The notes beneath the pieces were generated by a model. The model ran no database searches and was not told the origin of the DNA. It saw nothing but the letters and a program-made list of their open reading frames with translations. From the NCBI GenBank assembly GCA_964598015.1, contig CAZRAQ010000002.1, forward strand, positions 1,488 to 65,487: a stretch of 64,000 bases of DNA, given 5' to 3'. Position numbers and translations under genes: made by a program. This document shows positions 8,989 to 18,846 of the stretch, piece by piece; the stretch's first letter is position 1; each line of letters opens with the position of its first letter. Source of the stretch: an uncultured Methanoregula sp. (GTDB lineage: Archaea > Halobacteriota > Methanomicrobia > Methanomicrobiales > Methanospirillaceae).

Positions 8989-9381
8989 TCAGTCACGAGG
9001 TGTTTTGCGGTATACCATGCCCTGGAAAATAGCGATCTTCTCACCCTTTTCCCCCGTCACCTGCACGGTATAACTGGCCAGTTTCGGATTTCGGGCAAAT
9101 TCCTCGGCTTCAGCATACAGGATACCCGAACGTGCAGCGGTGAGATAGGAGATGTGGGCATTGATCGCTGCAGCAGGGACACCGTGCGAATTTGAAGCAA
9201 GTGCAAACGCCGTGTCAGCAAGGGTAAAAATTGCCCCTCCATGGACCGTTCGGTGGCTGTTCAGATGCTGTTCCCCGATCTCCATTCTCACCCTGGCCCT
9301 TCCAGGAGATACCTCAACAAGCTCGACCCCGGTCTGCCGGGCAAATACATCTGCATCAAAGAAACTGGCGGATTCTTCCAT
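8989..9381 (-). CDS. PaaI-family hotdog-fold thioesterase
   Basis: 130 aa. The stretch NSHRTVHGGAIFTLADTAFALA is the typical PaaI/4HBT-type catalytic region. Confidence 0.85.
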   Translation of the reverse strand: MEESASFFDADVFARQTGVELVEVSPGRARVRMEIGEQHLNSHRTVHGGAIFTLADTAFALASNSHGVPAAAINAHISYLTAARSGILYAEAEEFARNPKLASYTVQVTGEKGEKIAIFQGMVYRKTPRD

Positions 9382-9592
9382 ACAGGAAATGTATCCCTGC
9401 AGGAAGAGAAGAGAGTATGGTTCCTTCTACGATCAAAGAATATCACGGGAAAACAGAAGAGTTGCTGCTGAATCACACTGGCTTTAAAAGAGGATCCTTC
9501 TGGTGAACCCGAAAGCAGTACGGGATCAGAAACGGCAGGAATAAAGAAAAATTGGAAACCTTTTTTATGAGTTACTTAATGATTGTAATCCA

Positions 9593-12244
9593 ATGCACAA
9601 CCATGCCGACCAGCGGATAGATAAGATCCGGAAACTGTTAACGGAGAATCCCCGCGGGATGAGTATCTCTGAGATTGCTGATCGGCTTGGCCTGAAGAGA
9701 AACGTTGTTTCCGGGGACCTGAACTACCTTGAACGACTCGGCCATGTCGAGATGCAATCGATAGGAACAAGCAAGGTATACTTCCCGACCACGAAGATAC
9801 CTCTGTCAGGAATTCTCAATTATTCTTCGGACATGATCCTTATCCTCGATGATACAAGGAAAGTCCTCGAGGTGAATGACCCCCTTCTGAAAATGACGGG
9901 CACAAGGAGGGAGGAGACGGTAGGAAAGCCGATTGAAGAATGCCCGGGACCCCTCTTTGCGGCGATACAGGCAATGGAAGGAAAAGATGAGGGAGTACAG
10001 GACCTGACACTCTGGCTACCCCAGCTCGACGATCCCCGTGGAGTGCGCCATTTCCGGGCGAAAAGGATCCCTGCAGTATTTGAGGACACCCGACGGGGAA
10101 CCCTGATAATGATAGAGGATATTACCGAGGAGGTCCGGTACAGGGATGCGCTCCGTTTGAGCGAAGCCCAGTACAAGACAATTGTTGAAGACCAGACCGA
10201 TCTCATCTTCCGGTTTCTCCCCAATGGCATCATCACGTACGTAAACCGGATCTTCAATGAGACGTTTGGCAAAGGAAATACCGAATTTCGCGGAGCGAAT
10301 ATTTATTCCTGTTTTCCAGAACCGAACCGGCTTGCATTTCTCGAGCATGTCCACAGCACAAAAGGTGAAGGCCCTGTGGTGACGAGGGTCCATGCGGTCC
10401 CGATTGGAGGTACAACCCGGCGGTTCTCTTTCACCATACGGGCAATAATCAATGAAGATAAGAAGATCATCGAGTATCAGGGGATCGGCAGGGATATCTC
10501 TGCAGAACTGGATGCACGAGACCAGATGATGCAAAATATTGCTGAAAAAGATTTTTTATGCAGGATAGCACAGAATTTTCTTGAAACAACGAACGATAGC
10601 GATATTTTTGCACATCTCTCCTCAGGTATCACCGAGATCGTGCCTGATGCCGTGGTGGTGATCAGTTCCTACAATGACTCTACAGGAATGATGACTGCGC
10701 GAGTGATCAGCGATGAAAAGGGTGTCGATCGCCTGAAGGAAATTTTTGGGGCGGATAATTTGGAATTTTGCCTCTCCCCTGAAGTACTCGCAAAAACGGA
10801 TGAATATGAGCGGATAGAGAACGGGAAGCTCGCAGAAATGAAGACAGATCTCCTGAACCTGCTTTTGGGAGATTCTGCGATCAAGCGTCTGCAACAGGCT
10901 ATCGGTCATCGAAAAGTCTACGCAACCCTGATGATCTGGGAGGGAAAAGTCATCGGTGCAACGGCAGTCTGCGTTTCGGAATGCGATGAGCTGAAAAACA
11001 GGGCACTGGTCGAGACGTGCATCTGCATGGCAGCGCTTACCTACCAGCGACATCTTGTGCAAGAGTCATTATCTCTCTCCAAAAATCGCTTTTCAATGGT
11101 TACCAAGTCGTCCCCCCTTCCCATTGCAATCATCGGTCCCGCTGGGCAGTATCTCTTCCTGAACAACAAATTCATCTCAAAATTTGGGTACACACTTGAT
11201 GATATACGCGATGGAAAGAGGTGGTTTCTCCACGCATTCCCGGATGCAGGCGTGCGGCAGAAGGCACGGGATCTCTGGCTGCAGGATCTGAAAAATTCGG
11301 GGCGAGGTGAGATCCCCCTGAGGCAGTTCAGGGTCAGGTGCAAGGATGGATCATTCAGGATGATTGTGTTCCATCCGGTTATCCTTCTTGACGGTTGCCA
11401 GCTGGTTATCTATGAAGATATCTCCGAGATGGAGGACGCAGAACGGATCAGGAATCTTCTTGCAGAGATCATCCGCTCCTCCCATGATGCGATCATTGGA
11501 ATGACCGTTACCGGGAGGATCCAGACCTGGAACCCGGGTGCAGAGAGGGTATATGGATATACGGCTGAAGAGGCGGTCGGGAAAGACATCGAGATAGTCT
11601 TTCCATCGACCCATCTGCATGAAAAAGAATGGATCCTTGTTCAGGTCAGGTCAGGCGAATTCATATCCGACCTGGAGACAAAGCGGGTGAGGAAAGATGG
11701 CGGGGTGATCGATGTTTCTGTCACGATTTCCCCCATATTTGACCGTGAGAGGAATATCATCGGCACGTCCACGATCGTAAAAGATATCACGGCAAAAAAA
11801 GCAGAAGAGCGGTTCAGAGCGCTCGAGTCCAAATACCAGGAGAGGGTTGATTCGATCAATGTCGGTGTCTATCGGAGCACGGGCGATCCCCAGGGAAGAT
11901 TCCTCTGGGGAAATTCATACCTCGTAAAGATACTTGGGTATTCATCCTTGGAAGCGGTCAGGGAACTTCCTGTCGCGGATATCTTCCTCCAGACTAACGG
12001 GCGGAAGGAACTTATTGAAGAGCTGAGGCGCAGTGGGTTTGTGAAGAACCGGGAACTGATGCTGAAAAAGAGTGATGGATCCGTACTCTACGTTCGTGTT
12101 ACCGCTCTGGCAACGTTTGGAGTGGGCGGCGAGATCTCCTACATCAATGGCATTATTGAAGATGTCACCGAGAATAGGGTTCTCTCCCGAAAACTTGCTT
12201 CACTGCAAGGTTTTTCAGAGAATAATCGTCTGCCTCCTTCATAA
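9593..12244 (+). CDS. winged-helix HTH protein with multiple PAS domains (and one GAF-like segment), no recognisable output domain
   Basis: 883-aa ORF. The N-terminus (GMSISEIADRLGLKRNVVSGDLNYLERLGHVE) looks like a wHTH. It is followed by about five PAS-like modules, for example YKTIVEDQTDLIFRF..G.ITYVN, IIRSSHDAIIGMTVTGRIQTWNPGAERVYGYTAEEAVG, and a final ...GIIEDVTE. Confidence 0.9.
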   Translation: MHNHADQRIDKIRKLLTENPRGMSISEIADRLGLKRNVVSGDLNYLERLGHVEMQSIGTSKVYFPTTKIPLSGILNYSSDMILILDDTRKVLEVNDPLLKMTGTRREETVGKPIEECPGPLFAAIQAMEGKDEGVQDLTLWLPQLDDPRGVRHFRAKRIPAVFEDTRRGTLIMIEDITEEVRYRDALRLSEAQYKTIVEDQTDLIFRFLPNGIITYVNRIFNETFGKGNTEFRGANIYSCFPEPNRLAFLEHVHSTKGEGPVVTRVHAVPIGGTTRRFSFTIRAIINEDKKIIEYQGIGRDISAELDARDQMMQNIAEKDFLCRIAQNFLETTNDSDIFAHLSSGITEIVPDAVVVISSYNDSTGMMTARVISDEKGVDRLKEIFGADNLEFCLSPEVLAKTDEYERIENGKLAEMKTDLLNLLLGDSAIKRLQQAIGHRKVYATLMIWEGKVIGATAVCVSECDELKNRALVETCICMAALTYQRHLVQESLSLSKNRFSMVTKSSPLPIAIIGPAGQYLFLNNKFISKFGYTLDDIRDGKRWFLHAFPDAGVRQKARDLWLQDLKNSGRGEIPLRQFRVRCKDGSFRMIVFHPVILLDGCQLVIYEDISEMEDAERIRNLLAEIIRSSHDAIIGMTVTGRIQTWNPGAERVYGYTAEEAVGKDIEIVFPSTHLHEKEWILVQVRSGEFISDLETKRVRKDGGVIDVSVTISPIFDRERNIIGTSTIVKDITAKKAEERFRALESKYQERVDSINVGVYRSTGDPQGRFLWGNSYLVKILGYSSLEAVRELPVADIFLQTNGRKELIEELRRSGFVKNRELMLKKSDGSVLYVRVTALATFGVGGEISYINGIIEDVTENRVLSRKLASLQGFSENNRLPPS

Positions 12245-12401
12245 GGACGCCAAATCATCCTGTCGCATTCGATGCAAGGCATAAACAGTCCAATCCTCAT
12301 AACCTTATCACTTGCTTCCTGATGCAAATGCTCAGGAAAAGAAGAGCACCTAAAAAATCAGACTTTCCCAATGAAACCGAGATCTGATTTCCGCAAAGTA
12401 C

Positions 12402-13307
12402 TCATTTTTTTGCAGTTGAATCAGGAACGAGCAGTTCGGTGTAGTACGGAGGGTAGAACAGGATCTTTTCCTTTCGCAAGGGATCCTGAAGCAAAATCCC
12501 CGCCTCTGTCCGCTCAGCGGTTATGATATAGGAATAGTAAAGGAGCCTTTTCACTTCAGGAATGTCTTCGATTCCCTGAAGATCTCCGGCATCCATCCCT
12601 TTGCATTTATCATAGGTGCCTTTCTTCGTCTTACCGTGGAGAAGATGATAGGATTCAAGAATATATCTGGTATTTTCATCACGGATCACCAGCCACTTGA
12701 GAGGATGGAAGGTAGGAATGAGGACTCCACGGACGTGGATTTTCGTATAAAACCAGATACCCGCAGAGAGAAGAAGAACACCGATAAAGAATACAGCATA
12801 CCCCCAGGCGAGGGATTCTGACCCGGCCCCCTTTGCCAGCACTCCTGCATAGACGATACTGGCGAGAAAGAGGACGATGCTTGGACCCGGGAAAATACCA
12901 AGGGTGAATTTTTTAAGCGAAAGAGGGTAGAAGAGAGGAATACCGGGAGAGGCGAGGCTGTCCAGGACGAGGTGGGAACAGGCCCCCGCAAAGAGGATAA
13001 GGAGGAGGACCAGGGGGAATTCATCCCAGAATGGAAAAGCTCCGATAATGACTCCAAGGACGATCCCAGACCACGCAAGTCCGGCAACAACTGCTGCCCC
13101 TGCAATGCTGTGGGTGAACCCGCCATGGGTCAGAATAAAAAGGGAGGGATGGTTGTCAGTCATTGGTTGAAAGAGGATATCGATATCAGGGAGTATCGCC
13201 CCAAGCACCGCTGCAAAGAGATACACGGAATCAGCAGAGGAAGGGAGAAGGAGACTTACCGCAAAAGCGTGCGAGAGTGAATCCACAGCATGAGTTATCC
13301 GTTTCAT
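12402..13307 (-). CDS. membrane-bound metal-dependent hydrolase (DUF457/YdjM-like)
   Basis: Polytopic membrane ORF with an H-rich N-terminus (THAVDSLSHAF) and THGGFTHS. The start is ambiguous: ATG 13346 or 13307. Confidence 0.7.
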   Translation of the reverse strand: MKRITHAVDSLSHAFAVSLLLPSSADSVYLFAAVLGAILPDIDILFQPMTDNHPSLFILTHGGFTHSIAGAAVVAGLAWSGIVLGVIIGAFPFWDEFPLVLLLILFAGACSHLVLDSLASPGIPLFYPLSLKKFTLGIFPGPSIVLFLASIVYAGVLAKGAGSESLAWGYAVFFIGVLLLSAGIWFYTKIHVRGVLIPTFHPLKWLVIRDENTRYILESYHLLHGKTKKGTYDKCKGMDAGDLQGIEDIPEVKRLLYYSYIITAERTEAGILLQDPLRKEKILFYPPYYTELLVPDSTAKK

Positions 13308-13614
13308 CTGAAAAATTATACGCCGGCAATCCAGCCCTGTTGTCACCTTGAAAGTATCCTGTTGTACAATAACGACCCGGTTCTTTCAAAAAAACCTCTT
13401 CGCTGCTTTTTGTGGGGCTAGATAAAATCAGCGGTGGTATCTGGGATATCCAGCCAGTCACGAAAAGAGCTGCCAAGGCATCATATGGTGACAGCGGGGT
13501 GTATTGCTTGTGGGGTGTGGCGGCTACGCTCAGCCCATACAAGATATATCCGGTTTATCAATCCTCCCCCCCGCCAAATCCTCCCCGCAGTGTTTATTCA
13601 TCGGTATCGGGAAT

Positions 13615-13875
13615 TTACGAGCAGGGATGGTACTCTTTTACAGGAGCCATCAGGACCTCGCCTGCAAGGATCCTGTTCAAATCCCGGTATCCGATAACAT
13701 AGAGATTCTGCTGGATGAGGGCATTGAGTTCGTGTTTCTTTGGGCCTATAATCGGGGACAGCCATGCAGTCCCTTCATGTTCACCGGCAGGATCGACAAT
13801 CTCGACTGAACGGTGGAAGAGAAGAGGGGGAATATCTTCTGGTATTATGAAATAGCGTGAACCGGCAATCTCCAT
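13615..13875 (-). CDS. hypothetical protein
   Basis: ORF 13615..13944. The internal start MEIAGSRYFIIPED (13875) seems more plausible than the Arg/Gly-rich upstream extension. I recognise no family. Confidence 0.4.
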   Translation of the reverse strand: MEIAGSRYFIIPEDIPPLLFHRSVEIVDPAGEHEGTAWLSPIIGPKKHELNALIQQNLYVIGYRDLNRILAGEVLMAPVKEYHPCS

Positions 13876-14170
13876 GGATAAACCCCTGCCCGACCTGCGT
13901 GCGGTGCCTGCACGGGTATATGCACTGCATGGTACCTTTCCCATACCCTTTCACCACCAAAACTATTGGTATTGAAGAGATGTAAAGATAGCGTCAGACA
14001 CTAAATTGAGGGTTATTTGGCAGAATAAGCAATAATAAAAGGATTTTCTTCAATGCCTGCCATCGATCTCCCCCTGATTCTTGTCCTTTATAAAAGACTG
14101 CGGACTTTGAGATCCAAATGCTCATAAAACTCTTTAAGATGAAAAATAACGGTCAATTATCAGCACATAT

Positions 14171-14186
14171 AAGGAAAGTTTATATA
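14171..14186 (+). promoter_or_regulatory. archaeal BRE/TATA-like promoter (aaggaaag-tttatata)
   Basis: A purine-rich BRE-like element sits directly 5' of a consensus-like TATA box TTTATATA. No + strand CDS follows for about 10 kb. The structured element starts about 24-28 nt downstream. Confidence 0.5.
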
Positions 14187-14209
14187 CAGAACAATACAAC
14201 AAAAGAGAT

Positions 14210-14328
14210 GAAGCCAGCATGGCCCGGGACCGGGTATAGGTTTGAAAATGCTGATACTCTAATTGATGGATGACTGATACTCTCACGCATCAATTATATA
14301 CCTGGTCCGGCCCATGATGGTCTATTTT
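14210..14328 (+). ncRNA. candidate structured small RNA (unclassified)
   Basis: A closing helix of about 24 bp pairs 14214-14238 with 14297-14320 (two mismatches, one bulge, one G-U). An inner 9-bp hairpin pairs taattgatg (14260-14268) with catcaatta (14288-14296). The direct repeat ctgatactct occurs twice. An upstream BRE/TATA and a downstream T-run (tattttc, 14324-14329) flank it. Confidence 0.35.
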
Positions 14329-14503
14329 CGCATTGTCTCATCTCATCACTCCTGCACGTCGCTTCTTTTCAGAAAATCCTCATAATGAATCAGAAAAGAG
14401 GCATGACGGGATATCAGGTTCGAATTGTTGGGGAGCTTTGCCGCAGGAGACCCGAAAATCGCTCTTCTTGATGCAACTTGCGTTTTAGTGACATCCTGTA
14501 ATC

Positions 14504-16294
14504 TCATATCATAATCATGTACAGCATGAGAGAGAGGAGAAATGCCAGCAGGAGAACTGCAGCAGAGAGAGGTGGTACAAAGAGGATCATTGCGTTGACG
14601 GTGCTTGCCATCTGGACCACCCGCTGGGAACCAAAAACACGGATCCGTTCGCAGAGCGCCGTGCTCCCCGCTGCCTCACCAGGGGAAAGGGTTCGCAGTG
14701 CCTCATTCACCGCCTGGTCAATATAGGGAAGGATCGATTCAGCAGGGACCACCAGCCCTACAGGATTTTTTCCGGAGAGAATATTTACCACATGTGAATC
14801 GGTTGTCATGACCTCGGCCTCATCAACGTGAACAAGTACGTGGTCCCGGAGGAGATCCCGCACCCCGGCCTGGACATTGTTGCCGTCGATGAGGATATAC
14901 GCAGTAGTCTGCTCGCCCGCCTCGATAATCAGGGCTTCGATCCCTTCGTCGCCAAATCCTTCCTTCCTTGAATAGGGGGGTATCACCTGGGCATATCCAA
15001 CCCGGTAGGAGAATTGTTCCAGTCCTGGCCCTTCTTTGATTGCATGGAGGGCAGCGGTCTGGTATTCATAGGCAGCCAGTGATCCTGGCTGAACCGTTGA
15101 GATATCTCCGGTAAAACAATTATGTGCATCGACAAATGCCACATGCCGGAATGCGCTGTGGCCTTCGGCCATAATCGCCATTCCCACTCCAAGGTCAATA
15201 TCCTCTGTTTTTTCAGGAGACCGGGTACTGATGATGAGGAGGGTATCATGAAATACCTGGTAGAGAACCGATACCGAACCATACTTGTACCGGCATGATC
15301 TGCTCGCATCCCCAGAGAACACCAGGTTTTTTCCCGCGTCCCGTATCGCGTCAATGATTTTTTGTATCTCATCTTCGGCAACAAGGTTGAAGTCATGCGT
15401 TGCAGTCCCGTGGGACACCATCACCATCTCACTGAAGGCGGACTGGAGGGTGTTTGGAAGGTTCCCACCCCCAATCTCCCCGAGAGGGCCGGGGTGGACA
15501 TTCGGGACCGTAAAGAGCACCCCTTTCCCGTTTTCCTGCCGGAAAAAAAGGCTCACCTGCGGGACATACACCTCCTCACCAATTTCACGAAAAAAATCCT
15601 CCATGGTTTTTGAGCCATCAGTGATGTGGGCAATGAAAGTATTCAGGAAATTGAGGATGTGGATATGGAAGGCCCGGTAGAGCGGGCGTTCGATCGCCCA
15701 GATAAGGAGGACGAAACCGACACCAAAGACAAGGGAGGAGATGATCGCAAAGATACCGAATGGCGGGGTAAAGAGAAACACCCCTATCAGGATTCCCACC
15801 CCGCCCTGGATAAATGCCGGGACCACCATCCGTGTGACACGATAGTCCGCGATTGCGGCAAGGACGATCAAGCGTGCGCCGAAGATAAAACCAAGAGCAA
15901 TCGCATAGGAAAACGGGAGCAGGGAGATGCTCACCACCATTCCTACCAGCGAGATGATGACCACAAAGACCGTGCATGAAAGGGCAAGCAGTGCCGAACG
16001 GTTCCAGGTGATCTGTCCTGAAATGGCATTCACCACAGGTTTTGTGGCCAGGAATCCTATGACGGCAGGGATGGTGAAACAGAGAGACCCGAAAAAACGT
16101 ATGTTCTGTCCAAACCGCAGACTTGCCCCGTCAATAATGATGCCAAGGAGCACGATGATGGCGAGCGATACGGGCCATGACGGGGCGACAAAGAAGAACC
16201 GCGAGAGCCGTTCAATTGCGACATCCCCGCTCACGATTTTCATGCCCTCACTCCAGGCTATCCTGTCTGATTGGGAGGATGCCTGATGCCGCAT
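14504..16294 (-). CDS. polytopic membrane protein, DUF2070-like
   Basis: 596-aa ORF. An N-terminal block of about 6 TM helices is followed by a soluble domain (HPGPLGEIGGGNLP, HGTATHDFNLV) and a C-terminal TM. This is the architecture I recall for archaeal DUF2070. Confidence 0.7.
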   Translation of the reverse strand: MRHQASSQSDRIAWSEGMKIVSGDVAIERLSRFFFVAPSWPVSLAIIVLLGIIIDGASLRFGQNIRFFGSLCFTIPAVIGFLATKPVVNAISGQITWNRSALLALSCTVFVVIISLVGMVVSISLLPFSYAIALGFIFGARLIVLAAIADYRVTRMVVPAFIQGGVGILIGVFLFTPPFGIFAIISSLVFGVGFVLLIWAIERPLYRAFHIHILNFLNTFIAHITDGSKTMEDFFREIGEEVYVPQVSLFFRQENGKGVLFTVPNVHPGPLGEIGGGNLPNTLQSAFSEMVMVSHGTATHDFNLVAEDEIQKIIDAIRDAGKNLVFSGDASRSCRYKYGSVSVLYQVFHDTLLIISTRSPEKTEDIDLGVGMAIMAEGHSAFRHVAFVDAHNCFTGDISTVQPGSLAAYEYQTAALHAIKEGPGLEQFSYRVGYAQVIPPYSRKEGFGDEGIEALIIEAGEQTTAYILIDGNNVQAGVRDLLRDHVLVHVDEAEVMTTDSHVVNILSGKNPVGLVVPAESILPYIDQAVNEALRTLSPGEAAGSTALCERIRVFGSQRVVQMASTVNAMILFVPPLSAAVLLLAFLLSLMLYMIMI

Positions 16295-16297
16295 CCT

Positions 16298-17182
16298 TCA
16301 TTTCTGCACCAGAGGTCCAAAATAATGCTCATAACGCGTCTTCATGCTCTCCCACCCGGGAAGATTGGTCTGGCACCCCTCAACTTCCACGACATAGGAT
16401 GCAGCAACCGTGCCAACCCTGCAGCAGACCCGGGGGGAAAGCTGTTTAGCATATGCCGTGAGGAAACCAGCCCGGTAAGCATCACCGGCACCGGTCGGAT
16501 CAACCATCAAAACCGGGACTGCAGGGATATGCTCTCCGTTTCCCTCCATAAAGAGCGTACTCCCTTCGGCTCCGCTGGTGAATACCGCCATGGGAACCAT
16601 CCCGACAAGGTCCTGCTTTCCGATCCTCATCATCCGGCACATGCCTTCGACCTCGTGCTGGTTGGCAAAGAGCAGGGAGATTTTCGAGATTATTGAATAT
16701 AACTGTTCAGCCGAATAACGGTGAAGGTCCTGCCCGGGATCAAACGAGGCAAACCCTGACTTCTCTGCAACTTTCACATTGAAGACCGGGTCGGCTGTGG
16801 CCATGTGCACGAAGGGGAAGGATGGAGGATCCGATCTTGAGAAAATTTCAGAAGCCCCCCATTCAAAGAAGGTGACCTGGTCACCGGAAGGATCCGTGAA
16901 CATGAACGCTGTCGGCGTATTTTTCGCAGGGACCGTGTAAAATTCGGTTATGACCCCGTTTTCCTTCAACCATGCTTCGTATGAACTCCCCGCAAAGTCG
17001 CCTCCGATTGCACTGACCAGGGTAACCTCCCCTCCCAGCCTCGCGATGCCGGTAGCGATATTTGCTGCACCGCCCCCATAGAGGACGGTGCGGTCGGTGA
17101 TGGTCGATGAACTGTTTCTGACGGGGAGGGAGGAGACTCTGGATATATGATCGATCGCAGTATGACCAACGATATGAATCAT
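16298..17182 (-). CDS. PfkB-family carbohydrate/nucleoside kinase
   Basis: 294 aa. GGGAANIA is at the N-terminus and [13 protein letters not shown] (PfkB signature 2) near the C-terminus. Confidence 0.9.
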   Translation of the reverse strand: MIHIVGHTAIDHISRVSSLPVRNSSSTITDRTVLYGGGAANIATGIARLGGEVTLVSAIGGDFAGSSYEAWLKENGVITEFYTVPAKNTPTAFMFTDPSGDQVTFFEWGASEIFSRSDPPSFPFVHMATADPVFNVKVAEKSGFASFDPGQDLHRYSAEQLYSIISKISLLFANQHEVEGMCRMMRIGKQDLVGMVPMAVFTSGAEGSTLFMEGNGEHIPAVPVLMVDPTGAGDAYRAGFLTAYAKQLSPRVCCRVGTVAASYVVEVEGCQTNLPGWESMKTRYEHYFGPLVQK

Positions 17183-17517
17183 AGTTCACATACTTCTTTT
17201 ACCAGGAGGGGAATGTCCCGAAGTGCCTTGCCGACAACCGATTTTGCAATCTTTGCCGCATGGTCCTCCGATTCAGCCCTGAAAACTTTCATCTCCAGCA
17301 ACAGGCCGACAAGCGCGGTATTTGCAACAACAAGGGCACTGTTCAGCTCTCCCTCACAGAACGGGCATTCGAGCATTCCTGGCTCGATCTCAACATACTT
17401 TGCAGAAGGATTCAGCCTTTTCCCGGCTTCACTGACCGCTATCCCGACTGCATCATCAAGGGATTCCACGTCCTTGATAACCCATGCGGATTCCAGCGTT
17501 ACCACATAGTCAGGCAT
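17179..17517 (-). CDS. UPF0212 (DUF555) family protein
   Basis: 112 aa with the central CPFC motif. Length and pattern match the methanogen UPF0212 family as I recall it. It overlaps the kinase start by 4 nt. Confidence 0.7.
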   Translation of the reverse strand: MPDYVVTLESAWVIKDVESLDDAVGIAVSEAGKRLNPSAKYVEIEPGMLECPFCEGELNSALVVANTALVGLLLEMKVFRAESEDHAAKIAKSVVGKALRDIPLLVKEVCEL

Positions 17518-18049
17518 CGTGATACCACTCCTCGTTATGGAGATGCTCGCTCACGGGCATCCGTTCTGATAGAGCAACAGGCAATCGCCCTTTTCCTACG
17601 CAGAGTATCGCGACAGGACGGATGTGTGGAGGCAGAGAGAGGATCTCTTTCACTTCCTCCTCGTCAAAAGCACCGACCCAGCAGGACCTGATATGGAGGG
17701 CATGGGCAGCAAGCATCAGGTACGTGCATGCGATGGTAGCATCCTGGACTGCGTAGAGTATTCCCCTCTCTCCATACCGGGACATGGATCTCACATAGTT
17801 GGCACATACGACTAATAATGCCGGAGCATGCAGAACCTGGGGTTGCCCATGTGCCGCATCAGACAAAGCTTCCTTCCTGTCCGCGTCACGGACAAGCACC
17901 ACATCCCAGGCTTCAAGGTTCCCAGCGCTGGGTGCCGTCACGGCAGAATCCATGAGGTATGCGATCTCATCATCGCTGATCTCCTCCTCGGTGTATTCAC
18001 GAACGGAACACCGGGTGGTTAAAAATCCATGAAATTCAGAGGAGTCCAT
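17510..18049 (-). CDS. nitroreductase family protein
   Basis: RCSVREY...[10 protein letters not shown] is the classic nitroreductase N-terminal signature. Start was set at MDSSEF (18049). Confidence 0.85.
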   Translation of the reverse strand: MDSSEFHGFLTTRCSVREYTEEEISDDEIAYLMDSAVTAPSAGNLEAWDVVLVRDADRKEALSDAAHGQPQVLHAPALLVVCANYVRSMSRYGERGILYAVQDATIACTYLMLAAHALHIRSCWVGAFDEEEVKEILSLPPHIRPVAILCVGKGRLPVALSERMPVSEHLHNEEWYHDA

Positions 18050-18398
18050 GCTCGGATAACACCTGCCAGGCACCCTGTGCAGCGGTGGTTGCCGCACTGA
18101 TGGATTCGGATAATTTCAGTGATGCTGCGTCATACTGGTCGCTTTCAAGCAGGCTGATACCCTCAGAGAGGAGTGCGATTGCTTTCCTGAACTCTGCCTT
18201 TTCGGTATCCCTGAATGCAAACTCGAGCTCGGTCCGGACCGATTCAAGGACCATGAGAAGCATCCGCTTTGCTCCCGTTCTCTCGTGGTCCGGAAATCCG
18301 GAAAGAGCAATCGTGAGTTGTGAGCAGATTATCAGTTCCGACTTCGCCCTCTCGGCAAACTGGTAGCTTTTTACCGCAGTCTTGAGATCCATGTTCAC
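18036..18398 (-). CDS. hypothetical helical protein
   Basis: 120-aa ORF with alpha-helical-looking composition, on the same strand as its neighbours. I recognise no family. Confidence 0.5.
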   Translation of the reverse strand: MNMDLKTAVKSYQFAERAKSELIICSQLTIALSGFPDHERTGAKRMLLMVLESVRTELEFAFRDTEKAEFRKAIALLSEGISLLESDQYDAASLKLSESISAATTAAQGAWQVLSEHGLL

Positions 18399-18483
18399 AC
18401 TATCAGCTCGTCTCGTGATGAGTGTTACGGCTGGAGTCGAAAATATGCCGGAATAAAAATAGTATTGAGGGTCAGACCAAGGT

Positions 18484-18810
18484 TTAACGAGCCGATTTCT
18501 GTTTCGCGCCCATTATTGAGGCTTTTGCGCGGCGCATCCGCCTTCGGATCATGGGGTTTGCTGCGGGACCCTGCTCGCCGCCCCGTCCTCCACGGCTTCC
18601 CCGTCCTCCTCGTCCCCCACGTCCACCGCCTCTCCTGGGGCCTCCTCTTCCATCACCGGTCGCGGCCTCGAGTTTCTTGAGCGAGGCCCCGGCTTTGAAC
18701 CGCTGGTTGGGCCCTGCCCGTTTCAATTCACCTTCAGCTTTCGGCACAAGTCGGATCTGGCCTTTCACGCCTTTCACCTGGACCCACTGGACTGTTCCTG
18801 TCTTACCCAT
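18484..18810 (-). CDS. small basic protein with RGG/GAR-like box
   Basis: 108-aa ORF lying 36 nt downstream of gatE on the same strand. The central tract is GDGRGGPRRGGGRGGRGGRGSRGGRGG, and the C-terminal tail is Lys/Arg-rich. Confidence 0.6.
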   Translation of the reverse strand: MGKTGTVQWVQVKGVKGQIRLVPKAEGELKRAGPNQRFKAGASLKKLEAATGDGRGGPRRGGGRGGRGGRGSRGGRGGEQGPAANPMIRRRMRRAKASIMGAKQKSAR

Positions 18811-18846
18811 TGGAAAAACTCCTTATTACTTATGGAAGGCGTTTAC

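Noticed and set aside
13560-13586. Direct repeat AATCCTCCCC x2 (on the minus strand, GGGGAGGATT x2; Shine-Dalgarno-like) in the 268-nt spacer between two minus-strand genes
   Set aside because: No plausible start codon or ORF follows at a suitable distance. The only candidate is a 26-codon TTG frame whose start overlaps the SD-like sequence itself. It is probably compositional or part of a UTR. I note it only in case a leader peptide or ncRNA is found there.
14210-14270. A 19-codon ORF (MKPAWPGTGYRFENADTLI*) at the start of the structured element, and a C/D-box sRNA interpretation (GAUGA-like and CUGA motifs)
   Set aside because: The peptide is too short and lies within the long helix. The box order and spacing do not fit the C - guide - D' - C' - guide - D layout, and there is no CUGA near the 3' end.
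14417-14425. GGTTCGAAT T-loop-like sequence suggesting a fourth tRNA
   Set aside because: No flanking T-stem, acceptor stem or anticodon arm can be drawn around it.
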